Below are positions 35,980-45,576 of a stretch of DNA of 64,000 nucleotides, piece after piece. The notes beneath the pieces are model-generated. The model did no database searches and was not told the DNA's origin. It was given only the letters and a program-made list of their open reading frames with translations. The position numbers and the translations under genes were made by a program. Numbering within the stretch: position 1 is the stretch's first letter; every line of letters starts with the position of its first letter. This DNA comes from Bythopirellula sp. (GTDB lineage: Bacteria; Planctomycetota; Planctomycetia; Pirellulales; Lacipirellulaceae). The DNA is taken from the NCBI GenBank assembly GCA_965216565.1, contig OZ244170.1:3776001-3840000 (forward strand), in the 5' to 3' direction.

Positions 35980-38437
35980 AGCTGTCACTCTGTCTAAACA
36001 ATCCCCGACGATTCAAACAGAGAATCAACGCTATTGAAACCAACACCACCCAGTTCGGCTCCGGCACGTTAGTCGCTGCTGCCACCAAAGGCGTCGGCAC
36101 GCCCAATCCGAATTGCTCCTGCCAAATCAGGAAGTCCAGGCCATCGCTGCGCCCATCGTTGTTGGCGTCGCCAACCGCTGTGCTGGCATACGCCGCTTCC
36201 CACAGACCTAGGTCGTCGTTATCGACGTCGCCGTCTTCATCGAAGTCGGCATCGAAAAAGTCGACGGTCGCGATTTCTAGGCTCACCGCGTTGGGGTCGG
36301 TTAAATAGTCAACCGGGTCCCAAGTGACAAATCTCCCGCCCAGAGCGTCGGGAAAGTTCACCGAGGCAAATGTGCCACTGATGGCATTGGAAGATTGGAT
36401 AATCGTAAACCGATCCCCCGCCGTCGGCGTGTACCCACCCGTGTCGAGCGCCAACACATCGAGCGTGCCGCCCAGGGTAAACGCCGAATTGGGATCGCCC
36501 GAGCCATCGAGTTGGTCGTGCTCCGTTCCTGGTGTGAGCCCGCCAATTTCGAGGGCCACTCGGCCAAGATTCACCACGTCGTAGCTGCCCTCAATGTCGG
36601 CGATCGTCGTGCTATCTCCCGGAGAGTGAATTCCGAAATCGATCGAAAAGCTGCCATCGATCACGACATTCTTCAGAGTGCCAGTTCCTGTGAGTGTGCT
36701 GAAAACTCTAATCGGCTCGGCTGGTGAATCACCTTCGATTCGTCCGTTGTTCACCACACTGCCAATGAGCCAACCGTCGCCGCGGATGGTATGCCCGGCA
36801 GCCTGAGTCAGTACGCCGTTAACGGTACCGCCACGGATACGTGCGATTTGATTGCCGACGGTGTTCACCACAATCTCACCTGTACCATCCAGTGTGAGAC
36901 TGCTGTCGTATTCCAAGGTTGATACAGTATTGACACTGGTGCTATTCACGGTGATGGTGCCATTGTTAGTGATCCCCGACCCTGCCAAATTCATTCTCAA
37001 ACCTGCGGGGATGTTGACGACACTTCCAGTGGTAATAGTAAGATCGCGCAGCACAGGGTCTTGCGTCACGACCGTAATGGCACCGCTGCCCGTGGTCGTG
37101 AGACTACCACCGGTAATTGACGTGGTTCGCAATTCGACCGCTCCGCCATCGGCGGCTTCAATCACCCCCGAGGAACCTTGGGTGGTGGTCGAGTTGCTCG
37201 ATTGGAAAAGTAGCGTCGCACCTGAATCTGCCCGCATCAATCCGTTGTTCGTCATGGTGGAATTTTGAGACAACACCGATTCGGTAAGCGCCTGTGCGAG
37301 AATTGTCCCGTCGTTGACGAAATTGATTCCATTGAGCGTACCTGCTCCTCGGATCGTGTGACTGGAACCATTGGTTAATTGAACATTGGCGGTGACCACG
37401 GATCGAGAGGTCTCTCCGTCAAGGAGAACTTCTCCACTGCCGTCAATAGTTCCGGGAGAGCTGAATCGCAACTCGGCAACACCCCCACCCTGTCCATCGA
37501 GCGTAATCACTGAGTTGTTAATGATACCTGCACTTGTCCCAACAAGATCGCCAGACCCGGCAGTCATAATCGCGTTGAAGGGAGCATTGAGCGTAATGCC
37601 GGACAAGGTGGTAGCCGAATTCACATTCATCTGATTGAACGAACCACCCCCGACCGTCTCCAGCGATCCTCCCGCGAGCACCGTATTCACTCCGCTGAAA
37701 AACATATTGTCCGTATCGGCGATCAACTGCCCTCCGACGCCTTGCGAGTAGGCAACGTTGTTCATCGTGATCGAAGCACCAGGCGAAGTGCGTAATTGTC
37801 CGTTGTTGATGAAGGACATGTTATCCATGATGAACTTTGCCGACGAATCTCCTGACGTCTCTTCTGCTTGGAACACACCGTTGTTGATCCAGTGCAGTTG
37901 GATGGTGCCTTCGCCGCGAATCGTGTGCCCCACCCCGTTGGTCACTGGAACGCCGGCATTCGAGCCCCCCGTGACCACGGCTTTCGAACCAACCAGGTTG
38001 TCACTGTTGAGGAGGACTACTTCCCCGGTACCTGAAATGGTCGACAGGTTTCCAGGATTGAAACCGGAGGGAATCGCAGTTCCGTCGCCCACGTTGATTG
38101 TTCCATCGTTCACTATGCTGGAACCAGTGGGCTGCAGGGTGCCCGTCGTGATATCAATCGTGCCGCTGTTTTCCAGATCGCCAAAAATTTCCAGCGTGTT
38201 TACCTCAGGATTGCCGCCGACGATCGCCTTATCGGCTGGGCCTGGTTGCGTGTCATCCGACCAGTTGGCACTGGAATCCCAAAAACTGTTGTTGGGATCG
38301 CCGTCATCCCAAGTCCTGTCGACAGCGTGAGCTGTTGTGCAGAAAAGAAGAACGCCCTGGAAAGACAACATGGCAACCAGTGCAGAGAACAGCCCAGAGA
38401 ATATCGCAGAGCGCATTCGCATCTGACACCTCCCCAA
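35930..38437 (-). CDS. Beta-helix repeat protein with dockerin-like module and PEP-CTERM
   Basis: Three HTIRG.G repeats; ADFDEDGDVDNDDLGLWE; VPEPN-TM; tail extended into the REP. Confidence 0.88.
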   Translation of the reverse strand: MGRCQMRMRSAIFSGLFSALVAMLSFQGVLLFCTTAHAVDRTWDDGDPNNSFWDSSANWSDDTQPGPADKAIVGGNPEVNTLEIFGDLENSGTIDITTGTLQPTGSSIVNDGTINVGDGTAIPSGFNPGNLSTISGTGEVVLLNSDNLVGSKAVVTGGSNAGVPVTNGVGHTIRGEGTIQLHWINNGVFQAEETSGDSSAKFIMDNMSFINNGQLRTSPGASITMNNVAYSQGVGGQLIADTDNMFFSGVNTVLAGGSLETVGGGSFNQMNVNSATTLSGITLNAPFNAIMTAGSGDLVGTSAGIINNSVITLDGQGGGVAELRFSSPGTIDGSGEVLLDGETSRSVVTANVQLTNGSSHTIRGAGTLNGINFVNDGTILAQALTESVLSQNSTMTNNGLMRADSGATLLFQSSNSTTTQGSSGVIEAADGGAVELRTTSITGGSLTTTGSGAITVVTQDPVLRDLTITTGSVVNIPAGLRMNLAGSGITNNGTITVNSTSVNTVSTLEYDSSLTLDGTGEIVVNTVGNQIARIRGGTVNGVLTQAAGHTIRGDGWLIGSVVNNGRIEGDSPAEPIRVFSTLTGTGTLKNVVIDGSFSIDFGIHSPGDSTTIADIEGSYDVVNLGRVALEIGGLTPGTEHDQLDGSGDPNSAFTLGGTLDVLALDTGGYTPTAGDRFTIIQSSNAISGTFASVNFPDALGGRFVTWDPVDYLTDPNAVSLEIATVDFFDADFDEDGDVDNDDLGLWEAAYASTAVGDANNDGRSDGLDFLIWQEQFGLGVPTPLVAAATNVPEPNWVVLVSIALILCLNRRGLFRQSDSCRVDHSAAIAHRLMRF

Positions 38438-38515
38438 AGATCGATCAGTCGAAGCAATGCTGAAAGTCTAGCTACCAACTATTGTTAAGCCATCCTTTGA
38501 CAAACGCAACAATTT

Positions 38516-41392
38516 TTAGCGTCTGGCACGCTTTCGGGGCCGTAACAGCCAGCTGGAAGTCAACAGTGTGAAACAGCTTACGATTCCCCCTGGCTCCGGC
38601 ACGACGGCCACTACCGCAATCCCCCCCAAGGTGCCGGTGTATTGCTCCTGCCAAATGAGAAAATCGAGCCCGTCGCTGCGTCCGTCATCGTTGGCATCGC
38701 CGACATCAGTGCTTCCGTAAGCCGCTTCCCACAGACCCAAGTCGGCGTTGTCCACATCGCCGTCTTCGTCGAAGTCGGCGGTGAACTCGGCTAGATAGTT
38801 GCTCAGCATGATCAAGTCGTTGGGGAAGTCAAGCGTCACTTCGAACGATCCCAAACCACTGGCGATGTCGAGCCGACCACCGTTGACAACGTTGTCGAAT
38901 CCGCCAACAAGCACGTCTGACGAGAGAATGATGAACTCGTCGGTCGCGTCGGGTGTGAAGCCGTTGATCAGCGCGAGCTGCAAGTCGCCGTCGATGTTTG
39001 CCATGCCGGTGACGTTCACAAAGTCGAACTCCGTGCCCTGCAGGTCGCCGCCAATCTCGATCTCCAGTGCGGCCCCGGTTTGCTGGATGTAATCTCCGAT
39101 AATCGTGGTGCTACCGGGCGAAGCGCCGGGGGAGAGCGTGCCACCCTGGTTGGTCAGGTCGCCGTCGAACGTTTCGACACTCAGCGTGCCGCCGGTGAAG
39201 CTGAACAACCCGCCGGAGGTGTGTTCGATGGTGGTGGCGTTCAGGGCACCGCCGCTGAGGCTGACCCTGCCGGTGGCGAACACTCGGGTGGTGCCCGTGC
39301 CGGTGGTCAGTGTGCCGCCGTTTTGCACGTTGATTCTTGCCGTGCCGGTTCCGTTGTTGCTGCCGAGGGTGAGCAACGACGCCCCGGTTTGGGTGAGCGT
39401 CGAACCGGCGCCGTTGATGGTGATCGTGGCGGTGGCGTCGCCGCCTGACGTGGCGATGCTCAGGTTGTCCGTGGTGACCGCTGCACCCGTCTCGACCGTC
39501 AGGTTACCGGTCGTGCCACTAACGGTTGAACCCGCGATAGAAGTTCCGCGAAAAATGCCGCTGGCCTGATTGCGAATCGTGACATCTGCGGTGTTGCCGG
39601 CGGAGCCCATACTGGAGCTATTCGTGACCGTGACGGAGGAGCCGGCCCCGTCGACGACGAGCGTTCCATCTCCTCCACTCAAGCCGATGCCAAGTGCGTC
39701 CACCGTAAGAACGGCGGTGCTGTTGATATCGAATGTTGTGCCATCTTCGATGAGGTAGAAGCCAAAGTTAGCCTGTCCGCCGTTGGAGGCAGTAAGGGTC
39801 TGCCCTGTAGCCAACTGGAAATCGGTTCCGCCGTCGATATTGAGCGTGCCACCGTTGATGATGACCGGGCCGTTCGCGTTGAACGTGCCCTGGCCCGAGA
39901 GACCGACGTTGATCGTCCCCGTGGCATTGATCCCGGTCGCCCCCGTTCCGGTGGTGAATGTGCCGCCGTTTTGCACGTTGATCGTAGCCGAGCCGCTGCC
40001 GGTGGCACTACCGACGGCGAGTATCGCCGCACCGGTTTGGGTGAGCGTCGAGCCGAAGCCGTCGACGGTGACCGTGCCGGTATCCCCACCGCCGTTGGTG
40101 CTGATAAAAATACTTTCCGTGTTCAGGGCTGCGCCGAAGGTGCCGTCATTTCGAACTGACAGGTTGCCGACTGTGGCGTTGTTTAGAGTATCGGCTATGT
40201 CGATGTCGCGCAAATTTCCGATCGCCTGGTCACGAAACGTGACATCGCCGGAGGCGCCGTTGCCGCCAATAAAACTAGAACCCGTTGCCGTGACAGTGCT
40301 GCCGATTCCTTCGGCCAGCAAAGTGCCGTCGCTGTTAAACCCTACGTCGAGGTTATTTCCAACATCAAGGTCAGCGCCGCTGTTGAACTCGAATGTTGTG
40401 TTGTTGATCGAGTAGGAGTTACTAAACACAACCTGCCCGTCGTTGGAAGCATTGAGTACCTGCCCCCCAGCCAACTGAAATTCGTCCGCGTCGCCGACGT
40501 TGAGCGTGCCGCCGTCAACGTTGACCGGGCCGCTGGCGTTAAACGTGCCTTCGCCCGTGAGGCCGGCGTTGACCGTCCCGGTGGCGTTGATCGTGGTGGT
40601 GCCACCGACGTTGAGCGTTCCGTCACCGGTGATAGTCAAACTGCCTGCACCTCCGGAAGAACTGCCGACGATTGCCTGATCGGCGATGGTCGCATCGGAC
40701 GCCGCACCATCGATGGTTGCCATGCCTACGGCACCGGTGGTATTGGTGGCAATGTTCAGATCATTCGTGAAGAGGCGACCGCCGGACTGAATCGTGAGGA
40801 AGCCCTGCGTTGCATTGAAACTAGACACGCCGATGTCGAGCGTGGCGTCTCCAAACTCGGCAACTCCGCTGTTTTGGAGCGTCAAAGTTCCCTGACCCCC
40901 GCGTCCGCCGATGGGATGGGCTCGGCTGGTTCCCAGCATCGTTAGTGCCGAGCCGTCGCCACTGACGGTCAACTCTCCAACCGAGCTGGACGACGCTGTT
41001 CCCACGGCGAGAATCGCATCGGCACCACCCAGTTGCACAGGTGTACCGGTTGCGCCAACGACGAGTGTGCCATCGATCTCAACATCCTCGTCGACATCAT
41101 CGCCATCGGTCGAGATGGTGTAGGCCCAGTTCGCAGCGGAGTCGCTCAGAAAACTGACACTGCCTGCGGAGACGATTAGTTCCTGGCTAAACTCATCTTG
41201 CGTGAAGGTGACGTTGTACGTGCCTGCTTCGTTGAACACCGCGTCGTCCGCCGCGCCGGGCACTGTGTTTGGATCCCAGTTGGCGGAATTGTCGAAATCC
41301 CCCGAGACAGGGTCTTCCCACTCAATGACCGCCGCATGGGCAGTGTTCCCAAAGAGAGTTACCCAACAAACCAACCACAGCAGACACTTCAT
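38516..41392 (-). CDS. Beta-strand repeat protein with dockerin-like module and PEP-CTERM
   Basis: Signal peptide; repeats TLTQTGA..L..G...G.A.INVQNGGT.TTGTG; VPEPG-TM-RPRKRARR. Confidence 0.9.
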   Translation of the reverse strand: MKCLLWLVCWVTLFGNTAHAAVIEWEDPVSGDFDNSANWDPNTVPGAADDAVFNEAGTYNVTFTQDEFSQELIVSAGSVSFLSDSAANWAYTISTDGDDVDEDVEIDGTLVVGATGTPVQLGGADAILAVGTASSSSVGELTVSGDGSALTMLGTSRAHPIGGRGGQGTLTLQNSGVAEFGDATLDIGVSSFNATQGFLTIQSGGRLFTNDLNIATNTTGAVGMATIDGAASDATIADQAIVGSSSGGAGSLTITGDGTLNVGGTTTINATGTVNAGLTGEGTFNASGPVNVDGGTLNVGDADEFQLAGGQVLNASNDGQVVFSNSYSINNTTFEFNSGADLDVGNNLDVGFNSDGTLLAEGIGSTVTATGSSFIGGNGASGDVTFRDQAIGNLRDIDIADTLNNATVGNLSVRNDGTFGAALNTESIFISTNGGGDTGTVTVDGFGSTLTQTGAAILAVGSATGSGSATINVQNGGTFTTGTGATGINATGTINVGLSGQGTFNANGPVIINGGTLNIDGGTDFQLATGQTLTASNGGQANFGFYLIEDGTTFDINSTAVLTVDALGIGLSGGDGTLVVDGAGSSVTVTNSSSMGSAGNTADVTIRNQASGIFRGTSIAGSTVSGTTGNLTVETGAAVTTDNLSIATSGGDATATITINGAGSTLTQTGASLLTLGSNNGTGTARINVQNGGTLTTGTGTTRVFATGRVSLSGGALNATTIEHTSGGLFSFTGGTLSVETFDGDLTNQGGTLSPGASPGSTTIIGDYIQQTGAALEIEIGGDLQGTEFDFVNVTGMANIDGDLQLALINGFTPDATDEFIILSSDVLVGGFDNVVNGGRLDIASGLGSFEVTLDFPNDLIMLSNYLAEFTADFDEDGDVDNADLGLWEAAYGSTDVGDANDDGRSDGLDFLIWQEQYTGTLGGIAVVAVVPEPGGIVSCFTLLTSSWLLRPRKRARR

Positions 41393-41506
41393 AGCAATCT
41401 ACCTCAGTCCAAGATGCAGTTCAGAATGGTCTCTTCCGAGGAGATTACATTTCTGGTAAGGCAAGGGCTTCTAGACAGGCAACGGGGTATTGTTTTCGAG
41501 GGGGGC

Positions 41507-41535
41507 ATTATCGTCGAGTGACGAAGCGAATGCAA
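41507..41535 (-). promoter_or_regulatory. Sigma-70-like promoter for the 958-aa PEP-CTERM gene
   Basis: TTGCAT-N17-GATAAT. Confidence 0.55.
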
Positions 41536-41568
41536 GAAATTTGGCCAGAGCCCTGCCGAGGGATCTCG

Positions 41569-44500
41569 TTAGACTTCTTGCTTTGCTCGAAATGACATGA
41601 TTGCCGCCAAGGCACACAGCACCAGTCCACTCGGCTCGGGAACGCTACTCACCGATGCGGTAAGCGGACTTGCCCCTCCCAAGCCAAACTGCTCCTGCCA
41701 AATGAGAAAGTCGAGTCCGTCGCTGCGTCCGTCATCGTTGGCGTCGCCGATGTCGGTGCTGGCGTAGGCGTTTTCCCAAAGTCCTAAATCGTCGTTATCC
41801 ACATCACCATCGCCATCGAAGTCGGCTGACAATGGTGTTGAAACTTCTAGTAAGACACGATTGCCGACGGTGTCGTAGTTGACGTTCCACTGCAAGAGCC
41901 CCGTAAGTGTGGGTAGCGATGTTCCGCCAGAGAACGTGCCGCTGAGCGTGCCAGAGGTGAGAATCTCAAACGAGTCGCCAGCCAGGGGCGAGTAGGTACC
42001 CCCACCCAGATCAATCAATTGCACGTCCAACATCCCGGCCAGCGTCGCGGAGCCGGTGACATCGAGCACGTCGAAATCACCCGCTCCTGTACCTCCGATT
42101 TCGATTTCCAACGTACCCGACTGCTGGTCGTAGCTACCCGTGACGTCGGTCGTGCCGGGCGAAGTTCCTGGCGCCAGCGTGCCCCCCTGGTTGGTCAAAT
42201 CGCCGTCGAATGTCTCGACATGCAACGTGCCACCGGTGAAGTTGAACACCCCGCCGTCGGTATGTTCGATCGTTGCGGCGTCGAGAGTACCGCCACTGAG
42301 ATTAATGGTGCCGGTGGCGTTGATTGTGGCGATCCCATCTTCAAGAATTAACGTTCCATCGTTTTGGACATTGACGGTGGCCGAGCCTAGCGACGCATGG
42401 CCAATATCCAGTGAGCCGGTGCTGGTCAGCGTGAGTGAGGATCCGACGCCATCGATGGTGACCATTGCCGTTGTGGTTGCGCCGCCGAAATTTGCCATTT
42501 GGATTCCAGTAGCAGTGACCGTCGCGCCCGACTCGATAGCCAACGTCGCCGTTGTTCCGGCTGCGGTGGAGTTTGCCATCAGCACACCGTTGAGGTCACC
42601 GGTCGCTTGCTGGCGAAACGTGACGTCGGCCGTATGACCAGAGGTAGCCCAAGTGCCGGCAAAGTCGGATGTAACGCTGGAGCCCAAACCATCAACAACC
42701 AATGTTCCACTGCCGGTACTTGCCCCGACATTGAGAGTCAGCGCCGACAGATCAGCTCCGCTGTTGATCTCCACGGTCGTGCCTTCATTGATATTGTAGG
42801 CACCAAAATCTACCTGGGCGTCGCTACTGGCGGTAAGTGTTTGACCACTGGCCAGATCAAAAATGTCGTTAAAATCATCTTCCACCGTGAGTTGCCCACC
42901 AATGACTTGGACCGGCCCGTTGGCGTTGAAAGTGCCGCCCCCAGTGAGCCCAATGTTCACCGCTCCTGTGGCGTTAATCGTCGTTGTGCCAGTACCGGTA
43001 GTGAATGTACCACCGTTTTGAATGTCGACAGTGGCGGAGCCCGTGCCGGAAGTGCTACCGATCTCAAGCGCCGAGGCACCAGTCTGGGTGAGCGTCGAAT
43101 CGGTGCCGTCGATGGTGATTGTGCCAGTTGCGCCGCTTCCCGCCACACTGGCAATGTCGATGCTGTCCGTGTTCAGTGTGGCGCCGCCAGAGCCGTCGTT
43201 GCGGACCGAGAGATTGGCCACCGTGTTCGGGTCGCTAGAATTGGCTAGGTCGATGCCGCCGAAGGTGCCTGTGGCCTGGTCACTAAGCGTGATGGTGGCG
43301 GTGTTATTGTTGTTTCCCCAGTTGCTAAAGCCGGCCGACCCGTCGACGCTAGAACCAGCGCCCGTCACTACAAGCGTTCCGGAGCCGGGATCCAAGATAT
43401 TCGCGATGTCGAGATCGGCGGCGGTGAGGCTGGCGCCAGACTCGATCATAAACGTGGTGTTGCCATCGATGTCATAAACGCCGTCAAACTGGACCACGCC
43501 CCCATTGGTCGCGGTCAGTGTCTCGCCGCTGGCCAGATTGAACTCATCACCTACGACACTGGGTCCCACTTGGAGCGTGCCGCCGTCGACGTCGACCGAT
43601 CCATTGGCGTTAAACGCACCTAAGGTCGAGATATCTATCAGGCCGTTCGTCCAGATAATCGTGTCGCCGCCTGCGCTGGCGACGGTCTCGTCGTTGATCG
43701 TCAGGGTTCCAGTTCCCTCGGCACTCAAATCATTGCCTCCAACGTACAAGTCACCGGAATGGAACAGCGATGAGCCAGTACCGGTGAGCGTGACGTCGCC
43801 GTCCGATCCAGAAGACGAAGCGATAAAACCCCGCGCGCTCGTCACCGATCCACCCGCCTCGATGTTGAGCGTACCGTCGCCGAAGTTTCCGGTGATCAAA
43901 TCGTTGGTCACTTGCCACGTCGAGTCGGTGCCAGTTACCGTGGCGACGCCAACCGCGCCGGCCACTTCTCCGATGACGCCAAACGCGCTGCTCGCCGACC
44001 CTTCCGACTCGACGTTCATCGTGCCCGAACCATTCAGCCCCACAAGCACCGTCCCCGAACTGTCCCAAGTCGAGTTGTCGCCCGTGACGGTCACGTCCGA
44101 ACCGATCGAACTGCCCACCAGCCCGATGAACGCGTCCTCATTGGTCATCGACGCGCCGTCCTGTACGGTCACCCTTCCGCGGTCGTCGAAGCCAACCGTC
44201 AGGTCTCGGCCTACGTCGAGCGTCGCGCCACTACCCAGCACAAGGTGAGGCAGGTCGGTCAGCGTCAAGCCATCGACCACATAATCATCGGTCGCGTCAC
44301 CGGAGTTGGGTGTGTAAGCGCCGCCCGTTACCGTAAGCGTGCCATCGCGGAAAGTGAGCTGACCCTCGGCCGTGTTATCGAGGCCGGCATTGGCATTGAG
44401 CGCACCGCCATCGAGCGTGAGGGTCGTCCCGGCGGTCATCGTCATCGTGCCGTTGGCGTTGAATGTACCGTCGGTGATTGTGAGGGCACCAGTATTTTGG

Positions 44501-45414
44501 ATCAGCGTGGCACCAGTGCCGGTGTTGAACACACCGCCAGCGGACACGACAACCTCAGAATCGACATTGGGATTCGTCGCGTCGCCGATAGTGAGCGCCG
44601 AGGCGCCAGTCTGAGTAATCCTCGAATCGGTGCCGTTCACCGTCAGCGTTGCTTCCTGCACTGCCGAGGCCGAAGTCGAAAGCGAGCCGACGCGAATGCT
44701 GGCGGTATTGACCGTCGAGCCGGAGAGCACATTCATCCGTCCCGTGCTGCCCACACTGCTACCAGCTACAAGCGTAATCGTGCCATCGAGATCGTTAAAC
44801 GTCGAGCCATTTTGGAAGGTCAGCGTCCCCGTGTTGCCTACGGAGCCGAGAATCGTGGAGTTAGAAACATCCAGCACCGAACCGAACCCATCTACGATCA
44901 CCGTCCCGTCACCGCTCGAAGATCTGCCGGCAAACAGATTGCCTGTGCTTACACTCGTCGAGTCTTGAATCGTCAGAGATCCATCCGACCGAATACTTAA
45001 GTCGCTGTTCACCACCATCGCGAAGTCACCGCCGTTGGTGTTTTCGATCGTCAAATCGGTGTCGATGAAAGCATCGTCGTCCACTGTGTAAGTGTGAATG
45101 AAAATGAACGCGCTACTGGCAAAGCTGATGGTGCCGTCGAGTACGAATAAGTCGCTCACCGTACGGTCAACCAGTCCCGGCATCTCCACGTTGAATGTTC
45201 CCGCCAGGTTGAACCGGGCGCTCTCGTTGACGTTTCCCGGTTCGTTATTGCCTGCCCAATTGTCAGTATTATTGTACAGGTCGTTTGCCCCGAGACCGGT
45301 CCAGTCGATGATCGTCTGGCCTGTGGCAGAAAGGCTCATCGCGAAAAACGCCACGAGCACGACCACAAAACTGCTCCCCCAACGCATGAGATTTCTCACG
45401 ACATCCCCCGTCAA
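41569..45414 (-). CDS. Large beta-strand repeat protein with dockerin-like module and PEP-CTERM
   Basis: Paralog of 38516-41392 (LSVRNDG, TIEHT.GG.F.FTGGTL.VETFDGDLTNQGGTL.PG.SPG); true start may be ATG 45387. Confidence 0.9.
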   Translation of the reverse strand: MTGDVVRNLMRWGSSFVVVLVAFFAMSLSATGQTIIDWTGLGANDLYNNTDNWAGNNEPGNVNESARFNLAGTFNVEMPGLVDRTVSDLFVLDGTISFASSAFIFIHTYTVDDDAFIDTDLTIENTNGGDFAMVVNSDLSIRSDGSLTIQDSTSVSTGNLFAGRSSSGDGTVIVDGFGSVLDVSNSTILGSVGNTGTLTFQNGSTFNDLDGTITLVAGSSVGSTGRMNVLSGSTVNTASIRVGSLSTSASAVQEATLTVNGTDSRITQTGASALTIGDATNPNVDSEVVVSAGGVFNTGTGATLIQNTGALTITDGTFNANGTMTMTAGTTLTLDGGALNANAGLDNTAEGQLTFRDGTLTVTGGAYTPNSGDATDDYVVDGLTLTDLPHLVLGSGATLDVGRDLTVGFDDRGRVTVQDGASMTNEDAFIGLVGSSIGSDVTVTGDNSTWDSSGTVLVGLNGSGTMNVESEGSASSAFGVIGEVAGAVGVATVTGTDSTWQVTNDLITGNFGDGTLNIEAGGSVTSARGFIASSSGSDGDVTLTGTGSSLFHSGDLYVGGNDLSAEGTGTLTINDETVASAGGDTIIWTNGLIDISTLGAFNANGSVDVDGGTLQVGPSVVGDEFNLASGETLTATNGGVVQFDGVYDIDGNTTFMIESGASLTAADLDIANILDPGSGTLVVTGAGSSVDGSAGFSNWGNNNNTATITLSDQATGTFGGIDLANSSDPNTVANLSVRNDGSGGATLNTDSIDIASVAGSGATGTITIDGTDSTLTQTGASALEIGSTSGTGSATVDIQNGGTFTTGTGTTTINATGAVNIGLTGGGTFNANGPVQVIGGQLTVEDDFNDIFDLASGQTLTASSDAQVDFGAYNINEGTTVEINSGADLSALTLNVGASTGSGTLVVDGLGSSVTSDFAGTWATSGHTADVTFRQQATGDLNGVLMANSTAAGTTATLAIESGATVTATGIQMANFGGATTTAMVTIDGVGSSLTLTSTGSLDIGHASLGSATVNVQNDGTLILEDGIATINATGTINLSGGTLDAATIEHTDGGVFNFTGGTLHVETFDGDLTNQGGTLAPGTSPGTTDVTGSYDQQSGTLEIEIGGTGAGDFDVLDVTGSATLAGMLDVQLIDLGGGTYSPLAGDSFEILTSGTLSGTFSGGTSLPTLTGLLQWNVNYDTVGNRVLLEVSTPLSADFDGDGDVDNDDLGLWENAYASTDIGDANDDGRSDGLDFLIWQEQFGLGGASPLTASVSSVPEPSGLVLCALAAIMSFRAKQEV

Positions 45415-45576
45415 TGGTTGCTCTTACCGCTCCGTCTGAACCCACGAAACAGAACGGAAGAATGTGCTTCAAGCAGGCAATGCCGCATTGTCGCGGAATC
45501 TCCACACAGAAGCAAGAAATTTAGACAGGATTACAAGATGAGCCAGATTTACGGGATAAGAAAGAAGGAACAATAA

